Below, piece after piece: positions 22,977 through 38,064 of a stretch of 64,000 bases of DNA. The notes under the pieces are model-generated. The model was not told the DNA's origin and did not search any database. It worked only from the letters and a program-made list of their open reading frames with translations. The DNA lies in the NCBI GenBank assembly GCA_021613535.1, contig CP075497.1:1-64000 (forward strand), given 5' to 3'. The position numbers and the translations under genes were made by a program. Source of the DNA: Adineta vaga. Lineage: Eukaryota > Animalia > Rotifera. The stretch's first letter is position 1, and each line of letters starts with the position of its first letter.

Positions 22977-24131
22977 TTAATGTTTAATATTGAACTCTCG
23001 ATCTGCAACCGACATTCCAATCCATGGTTTGTCTACTTTCAAATAATCAACAGTTTTAAGAGCAGTTTTCAAATATAATCCATCTTTCAGTCCATAATCT
23101 TTTTCAGCATCTTTCAAAGCACGAATAACTTTAACAGCATGTACTTCTGTTGCCAGTTTTATATTTAAAGTTCGTTCAATAATATATTCCCAATTATATT
23201 TGTTTTCATCTGTTTTATAATTATCAATAAGATTTCTATTAATTTTTGGTTGTCGTTGACTGATATAATAAACGATAGATAAACAGACGAAATGATACAA
23301 CAATTTTTTGATTGTATTATCTTCAAAAAAAGGTTTGGAGTTTTCGAATTGCATCTATTCCTGTAACTAAATGTAATAGAGAAAAATCAAAATCAACTTG
23401 ATCAGGTTTATGTGTAGCACCATAGACATACACAGACATATCGAATAATTCTTCAATTGCTCTATTAAGATCATCTGGCATTTTCCATTGATTATAATGA
23501 GCAAGAATAGTTGATTCTTGTGAGAATACGAAATCTAATTGAAGTGGTTCTTTCAGCTGTGGTACATTATCATTCGAACGAATTTCTTTCATAATTTGTA
23601 AAGCTTCTTTTTCTTCATTTATCGGTGGTTTCAAATCAATAGGAACCTTATACAAATGTCCTGCACAGACAGCTGTGATTGTCAATGCTTCACATGCGAT
23701 TAATCGATTATTTAATTCTATAGCATAACTTACATGAATAATTGGATGAAATATATCACCAAGAACTACATCGATAAGTGATGATCCTTTTGTATCATCA
23801 TAAGAAGCAATTCGAAAAATTTATTCTTCCAATCACCTTGTGTTGGAAGTTCGTGATTAAAATAATCTCGATATGCTGCACAGAATTGAACATCACCTAG
23901 TGAATTATGTCAATTATTTTTAGTAATTTCATGTGGTGAAGGTCGATGTTTATTAGTATAACGACGCATTGTATTTTCATAAATATCTTTTAATTGTTCA
24001 TCATTTGCACTCAATAATACTAATGAATCGAGATGATGAGCATTATGGAAATGAAATTGATCTTTATTCCACATGACTTGATAATGTTCAAAATTATCTT
24101 TTACAAGTGATTCAAATGTACTGTTTAACAT
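22977..24131 (-). pseudogene. Questin-oxidase/HypA/AflY-like (DUF4243-type) oxidoreductase, fungal-type, frameshifted
   Basis: FHFHNAHHL, FHPIIHVSYAIE, DFSLLHLVT and EVHAVKVIRAL motifs spread over shifted frames. Confidence 0.75.
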
Positions 24132-24761
24132 TATAACGATGATGAAACAAAAACAAAATCATAATAATCGTTTACCTTTCTGTAGGCTGTTGTTCTGTGT
24201 GTATACTTTATTTATATCTGTTCTCTTCATGTTAGACACATTATATTGAAGTGTGCACGTGCGTATATTTTGTGTTTATCATATGTTTTTGTTTTTGCAT
24301 CTGAAAAATACTTTAAAAAGTTAAATGAGTTTGAGAAAGACATGATAGTTGAAATTCAAATTTTATTTTTTCATATTTTATTAATGACTATATTTATTTA
24401 TAATGCAATACTGTAATATTCTGTTTTGAGAAAAAATAAATCGGAGTGCCTAGAAGGAATAATTGCAGGCGAATAGTGCAATGTAGAATTATTGTATATT
24501 GATTATGAATTTGTTCAGAAATCTTTTTTTCATATTGTATAAGAAGATATTCTTTAAAATCCGAAGATTTTATTAGAATATTGTTTCGTTAAAATAGTCA
24601 ACTTTACAGTTTAGATCAGATGAACATTTTCCGACAAATAGAAACGGTGTGAGTCGAGATGTATGGTAACACTGACCTACACTCATACACACAATGAAGA
24701 CATAATATAAGAAAATTGTAACAGTTCTTTTTTTGATTGTTTGTCAGAGTTATTGTACTAA

Positions 24762-27700
24762 TTATGAATCAACAGTCGACATTTCAACGTTGTGTATAGA
24801 TTCAACACGATTCGATCGTTTCTGTTGGCATTGATATAATTTAGTTAAAATATAAATAATTTTTGGACAGATTAATTTAAGTACAAAACTAAGACCACCA
24901 GAAAGTCCAAGAAAAAGTGTTACTGTATAAAGTGAATTGATCTTTTGAATATAAGTATATGAACAAAAAATAGGTGAACATTGATTAAAGTATGATACAT
25001 AATCAATTGTTGTTGACCAAGTTTCAATAAAAAGATTGCTAACCAAATCATTCATCGTCGTATTTATATTAAATCGACTTGAATGTGTCAAGTTAAGGAC
25101 AGGCACATATGTACTATCGGTATAGTTAATTTGTTTTAGAATAAGATTAACACATGTTAAATCATAGAAACATTCAAGAGTTGATTGAAGAAATGTTTCA
25201 CTTGGTATACAACCCATTCTCAAACCTTTAATTGGTAGAATTTCAGTTGAATTTTTATTAATAAAAACTGCTTGAGTCGTACAAGTGACATTAAATACAC
25301 ACGAACAATCATTGTCGTAAACGATTGATTTAGTAAGAGCAAGTGATGTCTCTAAAAAGTATATATGATTATTATTTAAAATAATTTAATTGACTTACTT
25401 GCATAACCATCTAGATACCATGAAGGAAAATAATATTGGAAATTTGTACCATATTTTGATACGATACCATTACCGTGATTTATCATTTGAATTGTAGAAA
25501 GAAGACGAATAAATGTGGCATTGATATTTGACTTACTTTGAGTTATCAATGATTGAATATGTGTGGAAAATGTTTCCGATGATTGAAGTTGAGCAGTAAC
25601 AAATAATGATGAAAGAAATTGATTAATAGAATCATTAACTGATTTTATAGAAAGATCACATAAACCATTTAGAAATTGAAGATGAGATAAGAGAAAAAGA
25701 CGATAATCAATCGTCAATTTATATGTAGAGAGATAGGGTCGGACAACAGTTGTGATAGTTTTTCGCCATTCATTTGAAATAAATGTACTTGAACAGATCT
25801 ATTATTTATGAAAGAGTAGAGAATAGACATTGTATTATTCTAATGTTACCTGATGAAAGATTGGTTCAATGTTAACAAATCGATCATACATGGATGAAAT
25901 TGATGAACAAGGACATTGAAGTGTATTATTATGATTAATCAAGAGATTTTTGTATAAAATTAATGTCGGTTGATCAAAAGTTTTAGTTAAAGTTCGCGGT
26001 TGAATGATGAGATAGAAGAAAAGAAGAATAAAACTGATAAAGAAAAGAATAATAAAGAGACGAGTAGCTAATTGACCAAAATGTTTGCTTTTTATTCGAT
26101 CAATATGACTTCCAAAAGTTCGTGGTGGAAATATGTTTAAATTAATCAATCGATTGTACAAGAGTATACTCAATTTGATCAATATTGTTTTTATTCTGTT
26201 AGACACTTTTTGACGAACTATGTGAACAACGAAACAAACGAATAATGTTTTTAGAGAAAATATATCAATTATATCATTACCTTGATGTTGCTTTTTTACT
26301 TTTGGTTTTAATAAATTAACAATAAATTGAACAAGTATTGGCGTAATTAAACGTAATATGAGTATGAGACCACTAATTGTTGATATCATTGTTATGATTA
26401 TATCAATAAAATTCTTTCTATTTGTTATCTTTGAATATGTACAATAAGTTGGTGCACATGTTTCAAAATAACGATCAAATACAAATGATGAATTCCATCG
26501 TTCAATCATCATATCTTTAACAATGATTTGAAGAGAAGTATTGGGGGGAAATCGACTCGTTATTTGATCGTAAACGAGAGGACGAGCAGTAAATGAAATA
26601 TTATTATTATAATAATAATTTTTAGTTATATAATAATATATGACAGATAGACAACAATTAGAATAAAAACATTCAAGTGTAGAAAGTAAAAGAGAATCAA
26701 TCATATAACATCCTCTTACCATACCGGACATTTGATAAGAACCTGTATAATTATTACCACATATCATCAATGATCTTAAATTGAAGAAAAAAATTGGAAA
26801 GTGACAATCTGGATCAATAGCACAGGTACATTGGAATGGCATGGATTCATTCACACCGAGTTGATCAGTTAAAGTAAATGATAACTAAATAAATTATTAA
26901 ACATAAGATAAATATGGTTCACTTCTCGTATTTCCATATTACATCTACTACTACTACTACTTCTTTTATATTGATATTCATAATAATAAAAAAGAAAAGA
27001 ATCGAGTTTTTTCTCTTTACAATGACAACATACCTGTATTGATTCCTGATTATTACTGTAATCTCTTATAATTTTGTATGGATCCGAGTCAGCAAAATAT
27101 GGTCTTGCTAGATACTGATCGACTTGAATCAAAAGTCGTAATGTATCGATAAAAAGACTAAAATCAAGAATTAATGTTTGAATAAATTGTTTAAAAATAA
27201 TATTTAATTCATTATTAAAGTTAAATTGAGTAAACAGATTTGAAGTTATCATAGAACGCATTTTAAAACGACGAATAGCATCATCAATTGTATTCTTACT
27301 TAATTGACATAAACTTAATAAAAATCGAAAATGTCGAGCATCTGGACCATATAAATCAGTCATTTTCATAAACACCATCATTGAAATCCATGATTCGCTA
27401 ACAAAATCACTTGTACAAATTTCATGGAAAATAGGAGATAATGAACTAAATGTTGAATAAAGAATTGTTTTATTTGAACAAGGACATTTTAATGTATTAG
27501 AATAGAAATCTTCTAAATGATTATACATTATTAATGAAGGATTTGATACAGTTATTGTTGTAGTTTCAACATTTAATGATGTAAATAATAAAAATATGAG
27601 AATTGAAACTAAAAGAAAAAAAGAAAATATTAAGATTTTAGAGAATGTAGATGTGGATTGATAGAGTAATGATCACACTTCGTCATTGTTATAAATTCAT

Positions 27701-29404
27701 ACTTGCAAATAAACTTAAATAAATACGTGTTGTAATACGTTGTTGTTTAATATCACTTATTGTTCGATTATTGGCAGATTTAAATAAGTTTAGTTGTTTT
27801 AGCCACTGAACGATTTCGCGAAACCATGTTACAAGAAGTACTAGAGAATAAAATATAAAATAAATTTTATGTTAAAATAACAATCTTACTAGTACAAAGA
27901 GTAGGATTTATTGTACGATGTTTGAATTTCGATAAAATATGGACTAAAAAAACTGCAATAAGACGTAATATGATAGTAAGACCTCCGTAAAGACTAAGTA
28001 AGAGGAGAGTAATTGTATGAGAAAAATTAGTTTGATTCGTTTCTGTATATGTACACTGTGTCGGTGCACATTCAATAAAGTAATTTGAATAATTAATTGT
28101 CGTTAACCATTCTTCAACGAATAGATTAGTTAAACTATCATTTATAGAACTATTTTGTTGTTTTGAAGATGACAATGTATTAATCCAATTCAAATTTGTC
28201 TAAATAATCATTTCTTTTTATTTATTAATATACAATATTGAATTATACAAACTTGATTAAAAGCTGGAAAATAATTTGTAAGAAGTTCAAGACAACTATT
28301 ATCATACAAACAATCTAATGTACTTGGTAGAAGAGCATCTAATGGTGTACATCCTCCAAAAAATCCATCAACTTTTGCGGACATATTTGGTTGAAAATTA
28401 TATTGAGATATTAAATATTCAGGCCAATAGGCATGATTAATTGAACTATCATTATATGATAAGGAATAAAATCCAACTGGAACTATGGAATAAACAAGAT
28501 CACATGTCCACAATGAAATTAAATAATTAGTGACATTTTTATTATAGTATGATGTCATCGTATGGTAGATTTTTGCTCGACCAAAATCTAATTCAACCAT
28601 TGTAATAAATGCATTTGTATTCAGTGCTGAAACAATACTATTTAATCGAATTGTTATTTGTAGAAATTGAAGAAGTAAATTGAATTGAGAAGACAGACTT
28701 GTTCGAGCAAGTTGAATACTTTCATTCATTAAAGTTTCAACTTCATTGTTTGGAAGAAATTCAATCGTGATCAATTGTGTATTATTAAGATCAGTTTGTA
28801 TTTGAAGAACGGTTTTTTGAGAAAGTTCACAAAGTGCAGCAAGAAGTTCAAACTAAAGAAATCGAAACATAAATTAAACTTATGACATATGATAATATAC
28901 TTGAGAACTAGCTGTTGTTCGAAAATCCATCACTACGAATGCACTTGTATTTGATAAATAAAGTGTTTGAATCCATTCTTTTTTAACAAAAATACTTGAA
29001 CATATAGGATGAAATGAGATGATATTGGAAACAAAGATATTGTAAGGTATTGTTGGTTTTGAACATGGACATGAAAGTGTTTCACCATGTTCAAAACGAA
29101 GTTGATTGACAAGAGATGGTGTAATATTTGATACAGTGATTGTCTTCGTTTGTGGATTAATTAAAGCGATCGTAAAGAGAATAGAAAAAGTGACTAGAAA
29201 AGTTCTTTATTTTTGAGAATAAATTATTTGATTTTACATACCAAGAAATAGAGAAACATATAATCGAGTAGTATATCTTTGATGTTTGACAATTGTAAGT
29301 GGATCTTCTTGTTCATTATCATTATATTCATCTTCATCAGGAATAAAAAGATTATAATTATGTATGATTTCAATAAACCATCGAAGAACATTTTTGACGT
29401 TCAT
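24762..29404 (-). CDS. Multi-exon membrane protein made of three tandem TM-Cys-rich ectodomain-TM repeats (uncharacterised family)
   Basis: Three copies of TR(L/I)(Y/F)...LxCPCS...FHxIC...GC...STL(D/E)C(L/F)Y...ExW...CxPxxCxY...(G/S)GLxxxL; exon structure approximate and possibly damaged. Confidence 0.8.
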
Positions 29405-29829
29405 CGTGAGAAGAAGAATGAATATGTTGCTTTACTCATATAAACATTTTCAGGAAGTGAAATATAAATTACTTTTTTATAATTAAAATACACGAGTTTT
29501 TTTTCTTCGCAGTTTATTTTAAAATGATAAAACCAATGATCAGCTTTTCTTTAAAAGAAAATTTTTTGAACAAGTCACTCATTTTCATTGGTTGAAAGAA
29601 AAGTCACGTGCTTTTCTACTCATTTAAATTCTCATTATACAAAAAAAAAAATTACTTGAGAATAAAATAACTCATTTTAATATCATATACAATATTTCAT
29701 CGTGTGAGGGGTGATAAATTCCTATTTGAGATTCCAAATCAAATTCATTTCTAAAATATGATATTTATTGAACTAAGACCCACACTCTATAGTCAATCTT
29801 TTATATTTATTTGTAGAAATACATAAAAA

Positions 29830-30402
29830 TCAAATAAGACGTTTGTATAATTGAGATGCTTTAACATTTCCACATTGCATATTCTAATAATATAAAATCT
29901 ATTTTATTGTTTATATATAAATAAAATAACTTACAACTTCTAATTGATCTTGATCATTAACCCGTCGTTCAACAAACATTTCTTTTCCATTTTTATAGCG
30001 TACTCTTTGAATCCATTTCCCATTTTCCAAACAAATAATCATCTTAAAGAAAAAACAAGTTTAAAAATATAAATAAAAACTAGTCAAACAGTTATTTGAT
30101 GTCCATCAGGTGATATATCTTCAAATTCAATCCCCGGTGTAAATTCAACTGTCGTTGTTTTAAAAGTATTCTCGGATTTTAATGACCATTTTCCATCCTT
30201 TTCATCGATGATAACTCGAGGTTTAAATGTTTCACCTGTTGTAAATGTACGTATCTCCTGATTAACACCAAGTTCTTTCAATAATTCTTGAAAATTTTCT
30301 GCATTACTCTAAAATAAGAAATGGTTTACTATTTCAAATCAATAAATAACATACGTATTCCCAAGTACCTTTCAATTTTTCAATCTTATTATTAGTCATC
30401 AT
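29830..30402 (-). CDS. Fatty-acid-binding protein (FABP), 4 exons
   Basis: KLKGTWEY..ENFQELLKELGV..KPRVII..WSLKSENTFKTTTVEFTPGIEFEDISPDG..ERRVNDQDQL..CGNVKASQLYKR. Confidence 0.9.
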
Positions 30403-31298
30403 TTATCTTCGTAAAAGAAATATTTTTTCACACACTACATATCAATAAATAGAAACAGCAAAAAAAGCTATTGGTTGATACATTTTATCCATCACTAAGA
30501 TTGATAAAAAGATGACTCTATATGTCATAAATGTTGCATTCTTGATTGAACAGTGAAATGAAATATAAAGGTTCTTCGAGGCGGAAAAATCCTTCAGGTT
30601 TTCTGATCCATCACATCTGATTGCGGAGGTGAGTGTACCATGAGAAAATGATCAAGAGTATAGTCCTCTATGCAAATGCGCGTTTGGCGAAAATTTCGGA
30701 GACGTTGTGATGATGTATAAAATCTTTTAAATAAATCCCCTTCTGTGGTTCCTATCGTTGTTATAACATATGTAGTTTTCGGTTTGAAAGGTTCTGAACG
30801 AATATGTTAAGATCGCATGTCTATATTAATTTATTGATAAAGACCATTGAACTACTACAGTAGTATGAATTTGTGAAGTTCATCGATTGGAACAGAATAA
30901 CATCTAAACCAATATGTATTCAGCAGTTAAAACATGCAGTATAAAGAAATCCGAAAAAATATTATCTTTGATAACTGTACTTCTTGGGCCAAGATATTGT
31001 ATCGAATGTCACAGAACAGAAGAATGGTAGAAAGATGAAAAACACTGAGGGAGTAATTCGTTATAATACACCCGCTATATGACAGAAAAACCCATTTGGT
31101 AACGACGTATAGTCGTCGTCGTCGTACGCATTTTTTGTTTCGAACCAATCAAGATTGAATCTTATTATGCGCTTCTCTCTTTCTATTCTTCCAGTCTGAC
31201 GCCAAATTAACATGTGAAAAAACCCAAAGAACAGACAAAATGGTGCCCGTTTCTAGTTACTTTTATGGAAGCAGACATTTTTCTTTTAAAATAATAAC

Positions 31299-34200
31299 AT
31301 GACGACTGACACTGTTAGTGAACAAGAACTCCGAAAATGTCTCGAAGAAAGTATTCAGAAAGTTCAAATAGCAATCAATCAAATTAAATCGAAAAAAGAA
31401 TCTAGAAATGACACATTAGTGACTGAAATAACAAGCAGTGAAAATATTTATTCATTTCCATTAAACCAATGGGAAGAAAACGTCATGATTGATTTTCAAC
31501 GAGATTTCGAAAAAAATGTCATCAAACAAATAACAAAATTAGAGAATTCTTGTCGACAATATTTTCTAGATGTTTTGCACCAGTTTAATTACGATAATGA
31601 AAAAATGGAATTTACAGAACAATTTAACATCGGTATGCTTGGAATATTTGCTCGAGAATTGCAGACTCGTTTAGCTTCAATTGATGGTTATCGAGCAGCA
31701 TGGAATGGTGACAAGCAAGCAGTCGATCAATTTCTTAACTTATATCCATCTGTTAAAGATAAATCTGCCCTTTGGGGTACAACACTACTCTATTCTGCAG
31801 CTCGAAAGGGTCATTTAGATTTAGTTATAAATCTCATTGAGCATCATCAATGTTCAGTTAACGCACAAAATCGACAACATATTCTGCGAGCATTAGCTAG
31901 TTCAGGTCATAGTAGTGCGTATTACGACAGTAATCCGAGAGCCGGTTCAACACCTTTACATGGTGCTTGTTATTATAATCATTTGAATGTCGTAAAATAT
32001 TTAATTGATCATGATGCAGATTATTATATTGAAAATCAAGCTGGAGAAATACCATTTATGCATGCTAAATGTCATCCAACTATTTTGGAATATTTTCGAG
32101 AATTGTTAATATTTGGATATTCTTCGCAATCAGATCATTTTCCTGAAAAACCTATCGATGACAATGGAGATATGCGAATCATCGGTTGTTTTTGAGAATA
32201 CAAGCCCTTTGCTGATGAGCGATGGTTTCAGTTTTCTTCATATGAATCATCACAAATACAAGAATCACTGATATTAGAATCAAAGAAAGAATTTCACCGT
32301 GAAATTTATTTAAATTTAGTCAAACGTGTATACAGTATTTGTTTAATGAAATTTCTTCGTTCTGGTAGACATCTTAATTATAGCGAGAACTTAGCTTGGA
32401 TACGATGTCGAGGTTCCTCATTTGTCAATTTCAGTTGCTATGCATTATGGCAAATCTTCTTAATAAAACATCCAGATGCATTAGCAGATCCGATTGTTGA
32501 TATGATCAATATTTCTACGAGTTATGACAGTCGGTTTGAAATTCATCTCAAAACCTGGTACTTTTGTAATACACAAACGAACGAACAGTTAGACAAAGGA
32601 ATGAAATATCATCGAAGATATGTCAATATCAAAATTCCTTTGATTAGTGATGAATTGCTAACATTTAACCTTGAAACATTTGCATTTACTGATTATAAAA
32701 ACACAATACAAGGTCATCTACGATGGATTCCAAAAATGATTTCTAACAATTCAAAAAATACAAATGAAATTATTGATATTGATGAATATGCAACAATGAC
32801 AAACATCCATCCGATACCACTAACAACTTCACGTGTGAATTATGTTTCAGAAATAAACGAAGAAAAAGTAGTTGAACCATTGAATGATGAAAATGATAAT
32901 GATCTAATACAAAAAGTAAACTTTTGATAAATACAATATCCATTTATCTTTGTGTTTCTGCGATTTAGATTCCTGATACACCTCTCAAGATCACTCAATC
33001 TTTAACTGGATTCTTTAGCATACCATCACCATTGTCTGATCATTCAATATCGGAAGATGAGTATATAAATGAAGAAAATAGCAATACTCTATCATCACCA
33101 GAATCTGTCATTATTGAAAGATCTTGTTTGTGTGACAATATAGAAGTTCTAACGACTATAGAAAGCACATCATCTGAACTCAACGAAAAATATGCTGAAC
33201 TTCAACGTGATTTAGATGCTAAACACTAAGAAAGCATCCGTGAGTTAATTCAATGTATTGAAACATTGGAATTAGAAAAGAAAACACACGAAGAGAAACA
33301 AATACAATTGTTAGAGATTTCAATGACAATTCGCAAAGTAGAATATATCAATATTCACAAGGAAATTTTGCAAGATTTTTTAATCCCCAATAATTCATTT
33401 ATACTCAATTATTTACGTCAAACAAATATAAATATTGATTCGAATTTTCATGATCAACTACCTAGGATGATGTTCAGTCGACAGAATAGTTCTTCTATTG
33501 TAACTCTTGAAGGTTTTCAAGAACATCATGATCAATTTAAAGCAATTCTCAAACGAATTCAAATCTTATTAAATACCATACAATCAGCAAAAGATTTCTA
33601 TCAACGACATTTAAATCGTACAATGAATTCAATCATCCAAGAAGTTTTACCAAAAGTAACACCTCGAACACAAATCTGGTGTGAATATACACAAGTATTT
33701 TCTCAATTATTTCGTGATAAAAATATCGAATATAAACGATTATTCGATGATCATATTGATAATAAACTATAATTGATGGTTGAACAATGTATTTTAAATA
33801 ATACAATAGATTTTTGGAAAGAAATAAATATCGAAACAGATCAATTTGTTGAAGATCATTTATTTATTGATGAAGTTGAGTCATTAAAACAGAAAGCATT
33901 AGATGAATTTATTCAAGAGAATATTTCTCTTCAACATTTTAAATTCGAATCTGAACCAACTCAACAATCGATTTCTATTATACATTATTTTATTGAAAAA
34001 GTTAAAAAGAATTTCAAATCGATTCGAAATATCGAGGTAATGGAGTGCAACATTTTAACTTCATACCAAAATTATTAGAGAGACTTCTAATACATTATTC
34101 TTGTTTTAAAATTCAATTACCATTGTACGAATCATCGAATGATTTATTAACCCAAATAGAAGATCATCTAATTACAACTATTTCAACATCAACTGGATCA

Positions 34201-37200
34201 GGTAAATCAACATTATTACCAGCTCTGTTGATTGCCGAAGGATATGATAAAGTGATTGTTACACAACCACGACGTTTACCATGTCAATTAATATGTAAAC
34301 GTGTTAATGAAACGATGCTCTTAGATAAAGGATCATTACCAAAGAAACTAGCTGGATGGATAGTTAGTGGTGATAAAAAGAATTCTCAAGGAAAAGTTCT
34401 CTATTTAACTGATGGTTTACTCAAAGAACGTTTACTCCATGATGAAACGTTAATTACTACGCATACAGAATTAAATAAATCTGTTGTTTTCTTTATTGAT
34501 GAAGTTCATGAACGATCAGTTAATATTGATCTATGTTTAGCATTGTTAGCACGTTTACTATCAGACAAACCAGAATTACAAACCAAAGTCAAAGTGATTG
34601 TTTCATCTGCTACACTTGATTCATCAGTACCGAATCTCTTTCGACGACTTTTTCCTTGTCAGATTACTAAATTTGAAATACCCCTAATGGGCACACGTTA
34701 TCCAGTACAACTAATTCATCGTCCGAAAAAGAATATCATCGATATTGTTCAAGAATTATGTAAAAAACGTAAACGACATGATCAAATACTTTGTTTTGTT
34801 AGTTCCGTATCTGAAGTGAATCAATGTTGTCGTTTAATTACTGATGTCAGTCAAGGTACAATTGTAGCTTATCCACTTGTACAATCTCAACATCCAAATG
34901 TTCAACAAGCAAATATTGAACATGGAACATTATTTTTCTCGACGACAGTTGCAGAAACTTCATTAACATTTCCTTCATTGAAATATGTTGTTGATACAGG
35001 AATGATTAACATGCCTGTTTATGATATTGACTCGAAACGAACGATACTAAAAGAGGTTCGAGCTGCTGAATCAACATTAAAACAACGTTTAGGTCGACTT
35101 GGTCGAACCCACCCGGGTGAATATTATTCTTTGTATAGTTTTCAACCCAGTGATGTTTCTTATCCTGTTCCACAAATTCGTCAATCAGATCTGATGAACT
35201 TGGAATTTTCATTACGAAAATCACCAATGAAGAGAGGTTTAAATTATTTAAGCACATATTTACCAGATTCACCGTCGCCACAATCAATTAAGACAACAAT
35301 TAAACAATTACAAGAATTGGACATTGTCGAAAATACACCTACTAATCAATTAACTGCACATGGCAAAGAACTTGCTAAATTACCAGATTTCAGTTCATTG
35401 GCTATGTCAAAAGCTGTCCTAGCTGCATTGAAAACTTATGATTGTGGTCATGATTTGATATGTCTCGCTTCATGTATAGGTGTTCTCAACACTACAACCA
35501 TGTTTCGAAGTATACCTTTAAATTTCAAAAGTCTCAATGGAGATTTTATGACTTTGCTAAATCTAATGAACAGAATACTGTTAGTACAACAATCGACATT
35601 AGTAAGAGATGCAAATATCGACGATATTTGTAAAGTTATGGGTCTACATCATATTCAGCATTTTATCAAACGAGTTTTAAAACGTTATTCAATTTTAGAA
35701 AGCTTTTTTAATTCCTCAATAGATTTTCGATGGGAAGCTCAACGAAAATCTAATAGTTGGGAATTGATCGCTAAGGCTTTATTGGCTGGTTATAGTGATA
35801 ATGTTTTTATTTCCATGAAAGATTTTCAAGAACGTACACATCATTTTGTTCGACATAATAATTTGAATGATATAGCTGTTCTTGATCTACAATCGACTTT
35901 AATTCGTCCGATTAATGAACCTCCTGTTTCGATTGTTCTAACGAGAGATATTCGTCGTTCAACAGCTGTTCGAGCAACAGCAATTCTTTCATTTATTGGA
36001 GAAATTAAACCAGAGTGGATTAATTATCGAATGAAACGACAATTTCACATTACTGCAAACGAACAATTGCAAGTGAATAATGGAAATAAATTTCTTCAAG
36101 CAATACAAAAATTTCTCAATCGAGTTAAAATGTTATTTCAAGGAGAGGATATCGTTCTGGAAGGTTTATCAGGCGATGTTCTAAATGCTGAATTTCATCT
36201 TCCACAAAAGATGATTTCGGAATTAAGATTCGATTTAAAAACATTAGCTAAACCAAATCCTCATGAAAATTTCTTACGTAATCTTGAAAGTCTCACAAAA
36301 ATGATACGTATTTTTAATCCATTAATATGGCGATGGAAAGCACAAAAACAAGTTGATATCACTATTAATACAATTACAACAACAACAAAAACATTGGAAA
36401 TTATTGTTCAAGGAAGAGATTCAGTTAATCAACAACTAAAAGATGAATTTCAATCATTTATTGATTGGTTACAATATTGTGCTGTTATTTGTTATCCAAA
36501 TGCTGGTAAGAAAAGGATGATTTAATTCCCTCGACTGAAAGGAGATTTTGAATCATATAGGTCTATCTCCACGTGTTCTTCGACCACAAATGCGTTATCA
36601 ATGTATGACATTGAAGAAAGAATCGTTCGTGTCACTGACAGGTCAAACGAACATTGATTGTATAATGGAATAAAAGGTGTCAATGCTACACGTGAGACAC
36701 GAATGGAAGTTGTTGCCTGGATTGCTATGCAAATTTGATTGTCGATTAGGTGGTTTTGTTCGAGATTGGATTGTTGGTCAGCGACCAACAACTACTTTAA
36801 AACCACGCTTGATTGAATACAATGTGATTCCATCAATAAACAAAGAAGTTGTTCCTGTGATTTAGATTGTCACTTGCCGAGCCATGCTTATTTCGATAGT
36901 AGCATGCATAAGAATTGTATAAATATGGTATAACTTGTTCAGTCGAACAGACAAGATTGGAAATATGTACTATTATTTGAGTCTGCTTCGACGAGCGTTA
37001 TTTATTGAAAATGAAGTAACAGGTCCATTTACAATGGATTTGATTGAGCCTCATATTGCATTAGCATATGATCGAATTGATTTTGATGTTAATAATTTAA
37101 CTGTAGAAAAAGATTATACACATGAACTGGGAATGCGTATTGATATTACAAAAGAACCTTATTCAATTGAATTGAAACAATCATTGAAAATATTAAAAAA

Positions 37201-37924
37201 AAACATTTTCAACTTCTTCGTCAAGAAGATTTTCATATGAAACAACGTATTGATAAAATGATAAATATTCGAAAATGGACAAAAATCAACGAAGAATTAT
37301 CAATTATCCCTAAACCACATTGGAAATATCATGTCGTATTGGTTCCTCTTTCACATACGGCTGTTTTATATAAGGAAATCAAACATAAAATGAGTCATAT
37401 TCCCAATTTAACAATTTTATCAATTGAAGAAATTCGAAATCCATCATTAGAAGAAACTTATGAGGGAATGAAAAAATTGATTAAGAAAGAATGTTCGAAT
37501 CGAAATCCTAATGAACAAAAACTTTTTCATGGAACTAAAGTGTGAAGGAATTGATGGTATAGCTAATAGTGGTTTTGATGATCGATATTATGCTGTTGGC
37601 ATGTATGGTAAGGAGTTTTATGCATGAAAATTCAATATTTCTGTTCTCTTTTGTACAGATCGTGGTTCTTATTTTGCCGATAATCCACTAAAATCTCATG
37701 GTTTTACGAGTTCGGATCCAACAAAAAGAAATACACGTGTTATGTTCTACAGTAAAGTACTTATTGGAAAGCCTTATATTTTAAAAGCAGCAAATAAAGA
37801 TTTGATGGCAGCTCCAAAAGAATTTCATTCAGTGATTGGACAACATTCACCACAAACAGAATATATCGTTTACCGTTATGGACAAGCTCTTCCATATTTA
37901 AAAATAATCTATCAAGGTGGATAG
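31299..37924 (+). pseudogene. Giant ankyrin-WWE-coiled-coil-DEAH helicase-nucleotidyltransferase-PARP gene, disrupted
   Basis: ANK (TLLYSAARKGH, TPLHGACYYNH); WWE-like segments; helicase motifs TGSGKST, TQPRR, DEVHER, SAT, QRLGRLGR; GGFVRDW..DLD..RIDFDVNNL; PARP LFHGT, GSYFAD, EYIVY. In-frame stops at 32193, 33227 and 33770 plus frameshifts. Confidence 0.85.
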
Positions 37925-37986
37925 TCATTCTACATGATTTTTCTTTTTCTTAATAAAGCAATTAAATGTTGTGATTCAACAATGCG

Positions 37987-38064
37987 TGAGGGTGAGGGTG
38001 TGGTTATATGGGGTGCGGGTGAAATATGATTTCCACACGTAAACCACACGCACCCTCACCGTCA
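37987..38064. repeat. Inverted telomere-like arrays just after the PARP-gene poly(A) signal
   Basis: TGAGGGTGAGGGTGTGGTT (37987-38005) and AACCACACGCACCCTCACCGTCA (38042-38064); AATAAA at 37952. Confidence 0.75.
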
